Assembly (NCBI GenBank): GCA_964106645.2
Contig: OZ067038.1
From: Podarcis pityusensis
Taxonomy: Eukaryota
Length of the DNA stretch: 64,000 nt
Direction: 5' to 3' (one strand)
In this document: piece after piece, positions 38,593-50,515 of the stretch
Numbering within the stretch: position 1 is the stretch's first letter
Layout of the letters: each line of letters begins with the position of its first letter
Notes under the pieces: generated by a model
Seen by the model: the letters and a program-made list of their open reading frames with translations, nothing else
Told to the model about the DNA's origin: nothing
Database searches by the model: none
Position numbers and translations under genes: made by a program

Positions 38593-39508
38593 ACCATGCA
38601 AGGGTTCCCTGAAATGGCTCACAAGTTACTCAGTAGATAGGGTAATATGAAAAGGATATTCAGATTGTTTGGAAACCACTGTTTAAGGAAACATAAATAC
38701 CACAATAGTCCGGAATTATCCAGGGACAAAAAACAAACAAAAAGACCCCCCCTCAGATTGTTCCCTCCCAGCCTCCCTTCAGTTCTGTATGCTTATCCAT
38801 CTCCAAATTGCCTAAAGATCTGAGTCAGGGTTTAGGGCAGCAGACATCTGGCAAAACCTACTGTGAATAAAGTTAAGCTCTGTGTGCTGAAATAAGCACA
38901 ATGACACTTACATAAGGGATTACACTTCTCAAGCAAATGGAAATGGCTATTGGAGTGTGGGGGAGAGGAGATAATAAATGCAGCATACAGGCACAGCAGC
39001 TAAGTGAAACGGAAACAATTGAAACTTCAAACCTGCGTTACCGCTCAGATTATTTCTTGACATACTGCTCTCCTCTCCTGTTTCAAGTGCGGGCTATGCC
39101 ATAATACAATGCAAAAGGCTACCCTGTCTCAAATACAGACGTTTTGTACCTGCAGACAGAGCCACGGCTACTCAAGTGCTTTCACATGCAATCCGAGCTT
39201 CTGGCTTCCCAACTTTTAGTTCCTTAGCATTGGTACGTTTTGTCTCACATTTCACAATACACCAAAGATGTGTATCAACAGCACAGTATGGCACATTCTG
39301 TGGTAGCTGATTCTTGTTTCTGTCATGTGGGTTTTTTTATGTGCTTGGTAGTGCAGCCAAGAGGAGAGTTTACGAAAGCTTGGTGAAAAATAGATGCTAT
39401 CCACAACCGCTTTCCTTACCTGCCCATTATGTTTATAAATAGTTATAAGCATGCAACAAACCAAAATGGCCTCCACCCTCCAACTGAGTTCTCCATAAGC
39501 ACTTTTTT

Positions 39509-39511
<3 letters not shown>

Positions 39512-39542
<31 letters not shown>
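39512..39542. repeat. (AC)n microsatellite
   Basis: Direct reading. Confidence 0.95.
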
Positions 39543-39544
<2 letters not shown>

Positions 39545-41844
39545 TTCCGTAAAGGCTGTGGGCCTAATCTGGTCAAGTGAGTACTTCTCTCCTTTGACCT
39601 TAATTATTTATGAGGAGATCAAGCCGGGTGCCTGGAGAGTGGCCAGTTTCTCCTGATACAGGCTTGATTCCCAACACTCATCATATATTCCACAATGCCT
39701 TCCATGACCATGTTAGTTTGGTTCAGTCTTTGATTGGCCATATGCCATGAGCTCACCTTGACATGCCTCATGCCTCATGCCTCAACTGCAGGGAATGGCT
39801 CACGATTTGCCCAGGGCTACCGAGGAACAGCAGGATTTCAACTCTAGAGTGATTCCAGCACTGTGCCTGCTACAAACAGAATTGCCACTGCACAGGTCTC
39901 CCTATGACATTGTTCAACTCTGTGCATTCCGTGTCATATTCTTGAAGCTAAATTCACATGTGCTATTTCCCCAGATACAACTGACATGCTTCTCTGCTGT
40001 TCTCCTCTTTTGCGTAGTCAGCTGTGTAAACTGAATCTGATACGCTACCAGCCAAAGCAAGTGAGAGGGCTTTTGATCTTTTATTTCCTTCCTTCCTTCG
40101 CTAAGTAATGAATGGCCCAATACTAACCATGTTTATTCAGAAGTAAGTTTCATTGAAACCAACTTCCTAGTAACCAAGTTCACAATTTGCAATCTTGCAG
40201 GCCGATCTTGTTAATATTTACTTGGAGATATAAATCACACAGACATCAATCGGACTAACTCTTAAGAAGGTATGTACTGTATAGCTCAGAAGTCCTACGT
40301 GGGAGTAAGCCCCATTGCATAGGATTGTGCTGTTCAAATCAGAATTTTAGCATTCTAAAGACACCATTTCCCCCTGTAATTTCATTGCTTTTCTTAATAA
40401 TATAGTAAGTAAATATTTTGCAAAATTGCAAATGGATAAAAACAATATCCAATGTGTTATTAATAGCTTGCCTTGAAATTTGTTAGCTGAAAGCTGCACA
40501 ATTGTACCTGGAGTTCAGTTATATTTCTACTGTTGTAAAGGATGAAATCCTTAGTTTTTACCCTTGAACGTAGATGTTACTGATATCTGTGGATACCTAC
40601 CAATTTATAGAAAGGAATTATGCTGGTCTATGACTGAAATAAAGTTTGATACTGATACTGATACAAAGGAATGATATGTTTTAAAGTGTCTAATTATGGT
40701 TTACTACATAAACATCAGTATGGTAAATACAGACTATCCTTTTAGGAAATGTTCAGCAGCAGAGGATGACTATTTAGCTGAAAACACCAGATACAGATAA
40801 TACAAAAAAGTGTTACCGAAACAGCTGAAAATGCTGCATTCAGCTGCGTTCTTAAATGTCCTCTTTGTCAACTGGAGATGGGCAAGCAAAGCAATTCAGT
40901 TCACAATTAAAGATGCCATCCTTCAAAATTCGCAATTGTCTGACTTTTGCAATGCAGTTCTCAAGCCAACCAATGTGTTCAAAAATACATATACTATTCT
41001 TTATTTTATTCATTTATTTCGTAAAAATTATACATCACTTGATTGTAAAAAAAAACCTCAAAGCAGTTTACAACTAGGGTAAAGTGTGCATAAAAACGCA
41101 TGTGTGTGTGAAAATAGCATTCAAAAATACATTATATTAAGGGAATATTTTGCTTTGCAAAGATGTATATATCAGGCAAAATTGGATATAAAATGCATAT
41201 AAGGAGATATTCACATTAAGATGCTGATGAGCTTTTATGCAAATAGATGCTGAAATGTGGATAACTAGAATTAAAGGGTGGAAAATAAGAAACTGAGAGG
41301 AGCTACAACTGACAGATATGCTCCTTCTAATGGTCACCATATTAATTGCTTCTGGTCTGTGCTCCTGTTTTGAACTAAATGTCAAAAAGACACTGCAAGC
41401 CATGTTTCTTTCTCCCTTTTTTTGGCCCATATTTGTTTGAGCTAAATAATGAACACACTTCCCCGCCACCTTATAGCTCCCACCTACTAATATTCGTTTG
41501 AGGGAGCACCAAACACTTCTTTGGGTGTTCCTTCCTCCAAGAAAGTTAACACTCCATGCAAGACAAAGTGGGGCGTGGTCACTCCCACCCCCTCCATTGC
41601 TCTCCACTGGTTGTCTGCAGTGTGCAGCCTACCTTACTGGTTTGGAGCAGACCCCAGCTGCAGTCCTCCTCAACTTGTGGAGGGCCATGGCAGGGAGAGA
41701 TTTAGGACTGTGAGAGTGGTGCACATGCACTGGGGGCTGAGCCAAGGGGGCGTTGTCTCAAAGATGCTGGGCTTTGGGAAGGAAGTGTGAGGCTCTGACA
41801 GGGTCCTAAAGTCCTCCTTCCTAAAACCCAGTTAGCGCTTTCAA

Positions 41845-41911
41845 AGCTTTGAAAAGGAGGTAGGAGGGCTCTAGGACCCTGCTAGAGCCCTCACACCTCC
41901 TTTTCAAAGCT
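41845..41911. repeat. Inverted repeat: 30-bp arms (2 mismatches), 7-nt loop
   Basis: agctttgaaaaggaggtaggagggctctag-gaccctg-ctagagccctcacacctccttttcaaagct. Confidence 0.9.
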
Positions 41912-42699
41912 GATGCCTCCTTACTGGCCTTTTGGAAGGCAGTGTAAGGGCTGGGGTGTGTGTGTGTGCGCGCCAAATTTTGGTCTCACACAGGATGCCA
42001 TACTACCCAGGTCTGCCACTGGCAACAGTGGGGTGACGGCAGGGATGAGAGGAAAAAGGCTTGTCCCAACATCTTCCTCCATGTAATGTTAATGATATTG
42101 AGAAAGGAATACTTGAAGGTTTCCAATCTCAGGGATATCTCATTTACTTTCCAGACAGCACATCTGTTGCAAAATTGGCAGGTGGAACACGGTTGCACAA
42201 ATGTGACAAGACACTTACTGGACGTCGACCTGGCTCCATAGGACCAAAGGTGCTTTGAACTTACATTTATCAAAAAGTAGCTACTCAAAGGTCTTTTGAA
42301 ACTGTGTGGAATTCCAAATGCTGCATATAATAGGGTTAGGAGAGGGCAAAGTTGATGGGCATGCATGCCTGAAGTTGGTCTTTGGGTCATGGTCAGTCTG
42401 TGAGGCCAACAGTGAGGTTAGCAACTTTGCACCTGCATGCCATGACTTCCCAATAGTGCCAGTCTGCAAAGGGTATCTGGTTTTAAATAGCAACCACAGA
42501 GGCCCAATCAGGTCTGCTCTTTCCTTCTCCTCCCTGTTCCCAACCAGTCACTCCCAAGCAAGCTGCACTTCGCCACAGGTGGAAAACATCCTTTGACACC
42601 AATGGAATTAGCACCGTTGGTTCCCCAATTCTGAAACTTTGAAAAATTATTTGAAGGGTTTCCATTCCCCCTTTTCAGACTCTTAACCAAGCGTACATC

Positions 42700-43270
42700 C
42701 CTAACTGGTTTACCCAGTTGGACAACCATAATGCATTATAAATGGGGCTGCCCCAGAAGATGACTCAGAAATTTTGATTGGTACTGAAGAGCAGCTGACT
42801 GTCTTAAAGGACAAGTTACATTTCGGTCCAATTCAGAGTGTTGGTACTTACCTTTAAAGCCTGAAATGGTTAGGGGGTCCAAATATCTGAGGTAGAGTCT
42901 TTTTCTTTAGGAACCTGCCAGGGCTTTCAGATCTTCTACTAAGACTCTTCTCCGAGTACCATCTTTTTCAGAGTTATACTGTTCGGTTACATATAAGAGG
43001 GCTTTTTTTTTTTTTTTTAAGATATGGCACCATGATATGGAACATCATCCCAAAAGAGGTGCACCTCGCATTTACACTGCAATCTCTATTCTTTTTGGCT
43101 AAAACATTTAAGCTCTCCTGGGCATTTTAACTGGTTAAGGCTTAGTCTTGATGGGGGGGGAGGGTGCTGAATGTTTTTTAAAGATTAATTTCATTGTGGT
43201 TGATTTGCATTTATGATATAAGTGCCTTGAAATTGAAAGAGGATGAAGGGTGTTTTAAAGGAATGAAATA
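42700..43270 (+). mobile_element. Degenerate L2-clade LINE 3' remnant
   Basis: atggggctgccc (MGLP), caattcagagtgttggtacttacctttaaagcc (QFRVLVLTFKA). Confidence 0.7.
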
Positions 43271-44495
43271 AATGTGAAGTAACATTGCTCAGTTGTGGAT
43301 ATTACAGAAGGAGTAGCAAGATATTGTTCCATTGTTACTGAAACGTTATTCAAGGCAGCAGGGCAATAGCTCAATTAAGGCACTGGCATGTGTGATGGGA
43401 AGGTTCTTATGCAGCATTGACTTAATCAGCACTGATGGATTACTTTGGCTTAGGCTAAGACCTAATTTAAGTCAATTTTATTTAAAATATACAATTATTC
43501 TGCTATTGTTTGGGGGTTGCTTATGGGGAAATGGGCTTGCTAGACATATTGGTGTTTCCAAAAGTCTTCTGTTGGTTTTGAACAAATTATGTTAGGTCTT
43601 CTTCATCCATCATCCATTTCTGAGAGAAACAGATGCTACATTTTTTTGTGGTGTGGTTTAGTTTCGTTTGCCTTCAGTGGTTCATTATTAGCATTTAAAT
43701 TACCCACCCCCACACCCGTATGACCCCATGTACACATGCAAATGATATCAATTGCTGTTAAGGGCATCAGGACATCAACTGGAATCTATTCCAAAACACT
43801 CTACAGAATACATACTTGTGAGTTATTAATCACCCAGTGTTGCTGCTGTGTCCATCGTTATTATTATTAATCATCATCATCAAAGGAGCAAACTAATTAT
43901 TTCATGGCAAGTTACACAGCTGCCTTTGAAGAGAGGAAAAAAAGATCAAGGTGCTAAGTGTTCTGTTTCAACTGGAAAACATAAATCAAATGAATTCTAT
44001 AAAGAAATGCACACTGTCCCATGTTTACATTGCAGAACTGAAGGAGTAGAACTTCCCATTCAACAATCTTTGATGTGAAATAAAAAGGTATGAATCTGAA
44101 GGAAACAGGTTATTCCAATATTAAATGAAATGCAAATACCCCTCTCTTGCTTCTTCTTTAAAAGATAAAAGTAGGAAGGAGTCAGCCTGAAATCTGCCTG
44201 CCAGGGACTCGCTTTAACACGTTTCAGTGTCAAAGCCACAATTAAGATGCAATCAAACGGCTATGATACAATATAATCTCCCTTTCCCCATTCCTTCAGA
44301 GAACCCAGCACATCCTCTGCAGTTAGTGGGCATCAAAACGCAGCTGATGTCTTTCCTTCGAACTTTTTGTTTGAAAAACAAATACCTATAGGGTGAGATC
44401 CTTTTTAATTCAGAAAAAAAGAGAAGCCGGTGTTTTTAGGTGCACAAATCTATGTTATGATTCCCGGTGACCACAAATTAACTACAAACATGAAT

Positions 44496-44501
44496 TTTAT
44501 T
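44496..44501 (-). terminator. Candidate RASSF10 polyadenylation signal AATAAA
   Basis: tttatt on + is AATAAA on -, about 225 nt after the stop and followed by GU/U-rich sequence. A more distal AATAAA lies at 43477-43482. Confidence 0.4.
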
Positions 44502-44699
44502 ATTATATTTTCTCAGAATGAAAGCATGTGCCTCGTTGAGTCGTTTTGAAAAATAGATCTTTGTTGGGGGCGGGGGGGGCGGAGAGATCCAGGAACTCCC
44601 CGTCTGAGCATCTTGCAAAAGACAAAACAAACAAACAATAATAATAATAATAGTAAAAACCCGAGGGAAAGCCCAACTCTGCGGTCCCTGAGATGACAT

Positions 44700-46620
44700 G
44701 TGGGGGGAGTGGGGAGGCCGCCGCTATACCAGGGATTCGCAGACGGGCAGCGAGTCCGAGTCCTGGCTGTGCATGGAGCTCAAGCCCGTGTCGGAATCCT
44801 CGTCGTTGTCGTCGCAGTCTTTGCGCAAGCCGCGCGCAGCCTGCTCCCCCCACACCTCCGCGGTGATCGGGGCCGGGTCGGGGGGAAGCTGGCCCCCGCC
44901 GCCGTCGTCTCCGACGGGGAGCTGGAGAGACGGGGCCGCCTCCTGCTCCAGCTGGCCGCCCGCCTCCTCCTGGACGTCGAGGGAGCGGATGGTGTCGAGG
45001 AGGCGCTGCAGCTCGCTCTCCTTGTCGGCCCAGGCGCGCTGCGTCGAGTCCAGGTCGGCCTTGACGGCCTCCAGGTCGGTGCTGAGGCGCAGCCCGATGT
45101 AGAGGCTGGTGCTCAGCTGCGTCTTGACGCGCTCCTGCTCGACGTGCAGCTCCCCGCCGCCGCCGCCCACCAGCTCGGTGGTGTTGCAGTCCGTCTCGGA
45201 GAGGCTGGCGCTGGAGCCCTTGGCGGCCGCCAGCTCCTCCCGCCGCCGCTTCATCCAGCGCTCGTTCAGCTCCTCCTGGATCTCGCCGGCCAAGTGCTCC
45301 AGCAGATCCTCCTGGCGGCGCCACTGTTCCTGCAGCAGCGCCACCTCCTCGCACTTCCGCGCGTACTCCTCCAAGTCGCCGTCGAGGGTCGCCGCCTCCA
45401 GTCCCCCCTGCGCTTCCCCTTCCTTTTCCTCCCCGCCCTCGGGGACCTCCGTCTCGCCGCCGCCGCCCACCAGGTAAGTGTCCTGCACGTAATTGACGCC
45501 GTGGCGCTTCATGCGGTCGAAGTGGATCTTGGCCTCGAAGCGGTCGATCTCGCGATCCAGCTCGCGGAGGCGCTTCACCTGCTGGCGGATGGTGTGGTCC
45601 TGCGACAGCACGAGGTGCACCAGCGTCTCCATCCTCTCGGCGGCCGGCGCCTCCTTGGCCGGCGGCTCGTCGGGCTGCCCCGACGGCTGCCCCTTGCGCT
45701 TGTTGATCTTGGCCAGCTTGCGGAAGGCCTTGCGCACCACGCGCCGCTGCCGCTCCTGGGTCAGCGCCAGGCTGGCCCGCGCCGCCGCCGTGGCCAAGCC
45801 ATGCTGGCAGGGGCTCTCCTTGCTGGGCACCACGCGGGCCTCGGCGCTGCGCGGGCCCGTGTTGGGCAGCGACGCCTCGCTGCGCACCAGCACGAAGCGC
45901 ACGTTCTCCTGCTCGTCCCCCCAGGCGGCCCAGAGCCGCAGGATCTTGGTCTTGTTGGGCAGGATCCGCTCGAAGCCGCGCCACTTCTCCACGATGCAGT
46001 AAGACTGCGGGACCCCCGACAGCATCCCCCCGCCGCACTCCTGCAGCGACGCCAGCTGCTGCTGCTGCTGCCTCCGCCGTCGGCTCTGCTTGCTGTCCTC
46101 CAGTAGCACCCGCACCACATCCGAGCAAGTGGTGCGCTTGGAAAGCCCCGAGATCAGCTTCTCCTCCTGGCAGATCCACACCGAGATCTTCCTTCCCTCC
46201 GGCTCCATCAGGGCGCGCCTGCGCTGGGGGCTTGGAGCTGCTGGGGCCCGCGGCTACTCCCGCCCAGCGGGGGATCCCCCATAGAAACGCTCAAGGGAGC
46301 CGCGGCGGGCCAAGTTGAACGGCCCGCGAGCCCAGCCGAGCCATGGCTCCAGACTCTCGGCTCTTCTCTCCCTGCCCGACGCCGTCTCCTCCTCCTCCTC
46401 CTCTTGGCTAAATGGATTCCACTCTGGGGCTCTCCATGATCCAAGTCCTCCGCTGGCCGCGTTAAGACACAGGCTCGCCTCCTTTTGAAGCTTTGCAATC
46501 TTTCCCTTTCCCGTCACTCTCTCTCTCTTCCTCAGACACACACGGCGCGTACGCTCAGCCCGGGAGTCCCGGGAAACTGCCAACTTCCAGAGTTGCAGCT
46601 CCTCCTGCTTGCTGCTTCTG
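44700..46620. promoter_or_regulatory. CpG island covering the RASSF10 CDS and 5' leader
   Basis: Abrupt switch to very GC-rich, CpG-dense sequence against an AT-rich, CpG-poor background; free of recognisable TEs. Confidence 0.9.
44724..46208 (-). CDS. RASSF10: Ras association domain family member 10 (N-terminal RASSF), single exon, 494 aa
   Basis: ATG-initiated ORF. N-terminus [32 protein letters not shown] and [46 protein letters not shown] form the RA domain; coiled-coil middle; C-terminus [24 protein letters not shown]. All match vertebrate RASSF10 as I recall it, and intronless structure is known for this gene. Confidence 0.96.
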   Translation of the reverse strand: MEPEGRKISVWICQEEKLISGLSKRTTCSDVVRVLLEDSKQSRRRRQQQQQLASLQECGGGMLSGVPQSYCIVEKWRGFERILPNKTKILRLWAAWGDEQENVRFVLVRSEASLPNTGPRSAEARVVPSKESPCQHGLATAAARASLALTQERQRRVVRKAFRKLAKINKRKGQPSGQPDEPPAKEAPAAERMETLVHLVLSQDHTIRQQVKRLRELDREIDRFEAKIHFDRMKRHGVNYVQDTYLVGGGGETEVPEGGEEKEGEAQGGLEAATLDGDLEEYARKCEEVALLQEQWRRQEDLLEHLAGEIQEELNERWMKRRREELAAAKGSSASLSETDCNTTELVGGGGGELHVEQERVKTQLSTSLYIGLRLSTDLEAVKADLDSTQRAWADKESELQRLLDTIRSLDVQEEAGGQLEQEAAPSLQLPVGDDGGGGQLPPDPAPITAEVWGEQAARGLRKDCDDNDEDSDTGLSSMHSQDSDSLPVCESLV

Positions 46621-46780
46621 TTCCTGCTTCCAGCAGCGCCTCTGCGTGTGTCACAATCAGCTTTGCCTGGGAGTCTGACACTGCCCTTCCTTTGCTGCCG
46701 CCTTTTTCCTTTCCTATCACGTGGTTATCTCCTCCCCCCCACCCCTCTCACACTCACACGCTTTTCTCTGTGTCTGTCTG
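46600..46780 (-). promoter_or_regulatory. Putative RASSF10 proximal promoter with E-box CACGTG (46718-46723) flanked by GATA-like sites
   Basis: Lies at the upstream edge of the CpG island; sequence ctatCACGTGgttatct; TSS not determinable from sequence. Confidence 0.4.
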
Positions 46781-47564
46781 AGCAGCTGTACTGTTTGATC
46801 CAAGACTATCTCCCTCTTATTGATTTTACCCCTTTCAGGCAAATTCACTCTCCTCCCTGGAAAACAGAAAGGCGCCCACCTAAGCAATTGGATCAAATGG
46901 CTTGCCAGATGTTGGGGTTGGGGGAAGGAGAGATGGAAATGCTGCTATCCTGACATCCTACAGCCTCCAAAAGAAAGAAGGTGGGAAACCAAACTTCAAA
47001 GCCAAAGGCCAAAATGAGACCACATTTCTTCCGTTTCAGTAAAGTCCCCAGCCCTGTAATTAAAAGGAGTTCATGGGTGCCAAAGCACTTTGCAGATTAA
47101 AATGCACAAGCGAACAGTAAAACTTGCTAAGTGTTATTAAAATCCTTCCTTGCTGCCAGGGCTTGAAGAAGAGAAGAATTAGGCTATAAGGCTGCAGTCC
47201 TGCTAGGCATACTAAGAGGAAACTCAGCCCCACAGAGAGCATAGTAGGACTTACTTCCCAAGTAAACGTTGTGCTGTAAGCTTAGATTTGGAGTACCAAA
47301 TAAAATGGGCATGTGGGTGTTCTTTTTTTAAAAAATAATAATTGTGTCATATAATAATAAAAACATTGCTTTTCCCGTAAAGGAGAAAATATCAAAATGA
47401 TGATGATGATGATGAATCCCATGACATTTAAAGTACCTTAAGTTTTCCCATCATTAAAAGCCACAAAGCATGCAATCACAGGGAACTTTCTCCTAGTTCC
47501 ATTGAAATGAATGGGGAGCTGTGCAAGTGAGCATCTGTGCGCTTCTTTCACTACTCTTATCAAT

Positions 47565-47830
47565 TTCTTTTTTTAAAATGATATTTATTAAAAGTTTAAA
47601 AATTACAGAAAAAAAATAACAATAAAAAAGAAAAAGAACAATAACAAAACATATAAAACATATAAAAGCCATACAACAATACAGAAAAAAAAAAAACTAA
47701 AACACACGTCCAGTATTCCATATCTTTACCTTTCCTTTACTTGTTTCATTGACCTCCTCACACCTCCCTTTTTTTGTATTCTAGTTCAATTCACTATTTC
47801 AGCAAGTTCTTCCACTACTCTTATTAATTT
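47565..47830 (-). mobile_element. L1-like 3' UTR/poly(A) remnant
   Basis: Poly-T then tttatt (AATAAA on -) followed by an A-rich tract typical of squamate L1 tails. Confidence 0.45.
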
Positions 47831-48764
47831 CAGCTCGAGAAATTCCTGGTAGACGCACAGATCGGAATAAACAGAGTTTGAATGGCTGCCACCTTGGAGA
47901 GTGTTGTCAGTGTCCATGGTTCCTGCTTGATTTGTGGGCACCTATAAAACTGCCCTAAACGGAAGAAGGATGAAATGTATGTGCGTGTTCCCCTCCCCCT
48001 CCCAAAGTTCACATTTGCCTTAGGACAGATGAACACATTTCCGAAATGATGGGGGGGGGGGGCTACCTGTGGTTTACCCTGTTATTTTTTTTCATTTCTC
48101 ACATTGTGTACAGACCTCTTTGTAGGGACTATGCCGCATTCCTGGCACACTTGCAAGCCTAAGGAATGGCAAGGCTGCAGCCTATCTTCCTGGTGGGCAG
48201 GGTGTTTTTTTTTTGGGGGGGGGGGTTGAGCAGGAACTTAAGGGAGCTGAGTTCCCTTACCTTTAAAATAATAACAATAATAATAATTTTGTCTTTGAGG
48301 GCTGGAACGATATACACCCAATGCCTGATCCAAAAATCCACCTATATCTGTAATCAATAAAGTTGTGGCCATTTCTTATCCTTATTTCTTAACTGCTTGA
48401 GTTTATTATTCACATCTTACATTTAGCCATTGCCCGGGGTGGGGGGTAATAAATGAACAAAGAATGAAAAAAACTAACTTTGTGGTGAGTTCCCCCACCC
48501 TTTTTCCAGAAAAAAAGCACTTCTGATGAGTTAGCTCTCCATGTACAGATCACTTTTGATATCGGAGCATTGTCAGTCAAATACTCTCCCAGGTGCATTC
48601 TGTATCACCCCAGCAATGTCTTCCCTTCATGCACATTATTAATTACATTTCTATCCCCCCCCTTTTTTTTTACCTAGAAGAAACTCGGAGGGAGTAACCA
48701 GGCCGCCCCTGAACCTTGGGCACTTCTTAGCTTTAACCACAAGCCGCACCAGGAGCCATTAGGA

Positions 48765-48901
48765 CAGCCTTCTCCAACCCTAGTGGCTTCCAGGTACATT
48801 GAACTCCAGCAGCCACCAGCCCCAGACAGCATGGCTAATGGTTAGGCATGATGGGAGTTGTAGTCCAGCAACTGCTGGAGGGCACCAGGTTGGGAAGGCT
48901 G
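48765..48901. mobile_element. hAT-Charlie-like MITE
   Basis: TIRs CAGCCTTCTCCAACC...GGTTGGGAAGGCTG; imperfect 8-bp TSD CATTAGGA/CCTTAGGC. Confidence 0.75.
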
Positions 48902-49404
48902 CCTTAGGCTATGCTTTAGATCGAACCTGCTAGCAGAGCAGTGTGGGAAGAAGAAGCCGTAAGGAGAGAGTGGCCTGTAGCTGCATTCTGAGGTGGTGGT
49001 TCCCCTACAAGGATACCATCCCGCATGCAAACCCAGCATGTTTAGGCGAGCTTTGCTCAACTATAAAGCATCGCTCTGCCCACTGTGCGGCACTGAGCTG
49101 TAGCGTGGCATCCGTTGGATAGACTGCGCTTTGTGTGCCAAGGGAGGAGGGCTGAACACCTCCATGGCCTGACGGCAAAGAACTAGCATTTGGAAGCTTG
49201 TTAAAGTGTTGGGGCAGTTGGAGTTTGCAAGGGAAGCACATTAAGTGGGTTAATTAAGTGCTCGTCCGTGACGTACGAGTTGCTTCATTACGACTCCACC
49301 GTGATCGCTGTAGGCTGTGTGCAAGCTTAGGCATATTTTATTGGTTTGGTCATGCTAGGTTTTCACTTGGAAGGGTTTCTTCAAAAGCATAATACCTCTG
49401 CATG

Positions 49405-49430
49405 CACACACACACACACACACACACACA
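49405..49430. repeat. (CA)n microsatellite
   Basis: Direct reading. Confidence 0.95.
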
Positions 49431-50082
49431 TGCATACGTGTGTGTATATATAGTACAATGGTAATGACCTCTTGGCAAATCCTCCTCCTCTAGAACCATA
49501 GGGCTCTGTTTAAAGTTCCACACTCCTGTTTGGCAGAGGTTTATCCCTTCCCTGCCCAGCCACCATCCCAATGAGAATTACAACCCCTGCCAGGAGTAAG
49601 GGATTTCCATTGGGATTGTGACGGGGGAGACAAAGGTTAAACCTCCCATTCCCCGGCAGTGCTGAAAACCAGGGGCCCTTGCACCTAGTTTTATATTTAA
49701 AAAAAAGAACAGCAGACCACACAGTTGCTAACCACACAGTTTCTGCAACGTGTAGCCTGGCTGTAATTGATGGTTATAAAGCAGTTTTTTTTAAAAAAAA
49801 TTAAAATAAAATAAACAATAACCCAAAACAAAACATGGCTTCTGAGCAATGAGATTTTGACTCCTAGTTTTCAGTGTTGTGAAACTTGGGACTCCTGATC
49901 AAACTCATTAAAGAAACTGGGGATTCAGGAATGCTTGTGGAAGCTAGAGTAAGTCCAAGTAGCTTGTGATCTGGGGAGAGAGACTCTTAAAGTAATGTAA
50001 ACTACATTGCACTGAGTTTAGCTATAACATTGTGAAGCAGGGAGGGACACATTCAAGGAATGACGTGGTAAGTGAGAGGTGG

Positions 50083-50190
50083 GGAAGGTCTTTAGCTCAG
50101 TGGTGGAACTCTTGCTTTTCAGGCAGAAGGTCCCAGAAGGTTCAATCCCTGGAATCTCCATGTAGGTCTGGGAATGTTCTCTGCCTACTA
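50083..50190 (+). mobile_element. Squam2-type SINE 5' part
   Basis: tagctcagtggtggaac...ggttcaatccc...tctccatgtaggtctggga. Confidence 0.7.
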
Positions 50191-50267
50191 TTTTCTGGAA
50201 GGGAACTTAGATAGTTCTCTGCTTACTGTTTTCTGGAAGGGAAGTTCGATAGTTTCGGCATCTCATC

Positions 50268-50490
50268 CAGTGTAGCATAGTGGTTAACATGCCAGACTAG
50301 GACCTGGGAGACCAGGGTTCAAATCCCTACTCAGCCATGAAGCTCACTGGGTGATCATGGGCCCATCACTGCCTCTCATAGCCTAACCTACCTCACAGGG
50401 TTGTTGTGGGGGAAAATCAAGAGTGGGAGAAGAGTGTGTGCCACCTTGAGATCCTTGGAGGAAAAGGTGGGATATAAATGCAATAAAGAA
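50268..50490 (+). mobile_element. tRNA/CORE SINE (Squam3/MIR-like)
   Basis: tagtggttaac...gggttcaaatccc...cctacctcacagggttgttgtgggg...gggatataaatgcaataaa. Confidence 0.8.
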
Positions 50491-50515
50491 ATCTAGAACC
50501 AAGTATGGTTTATAA

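Noticed and set aside
44700-46106. 468-aa ORF antisense to RASSF10
   Set aside because: In-register antisense shadow of a very high-GC3 CDS; low-complexity L/A/G/R composition and no recognisable domain.
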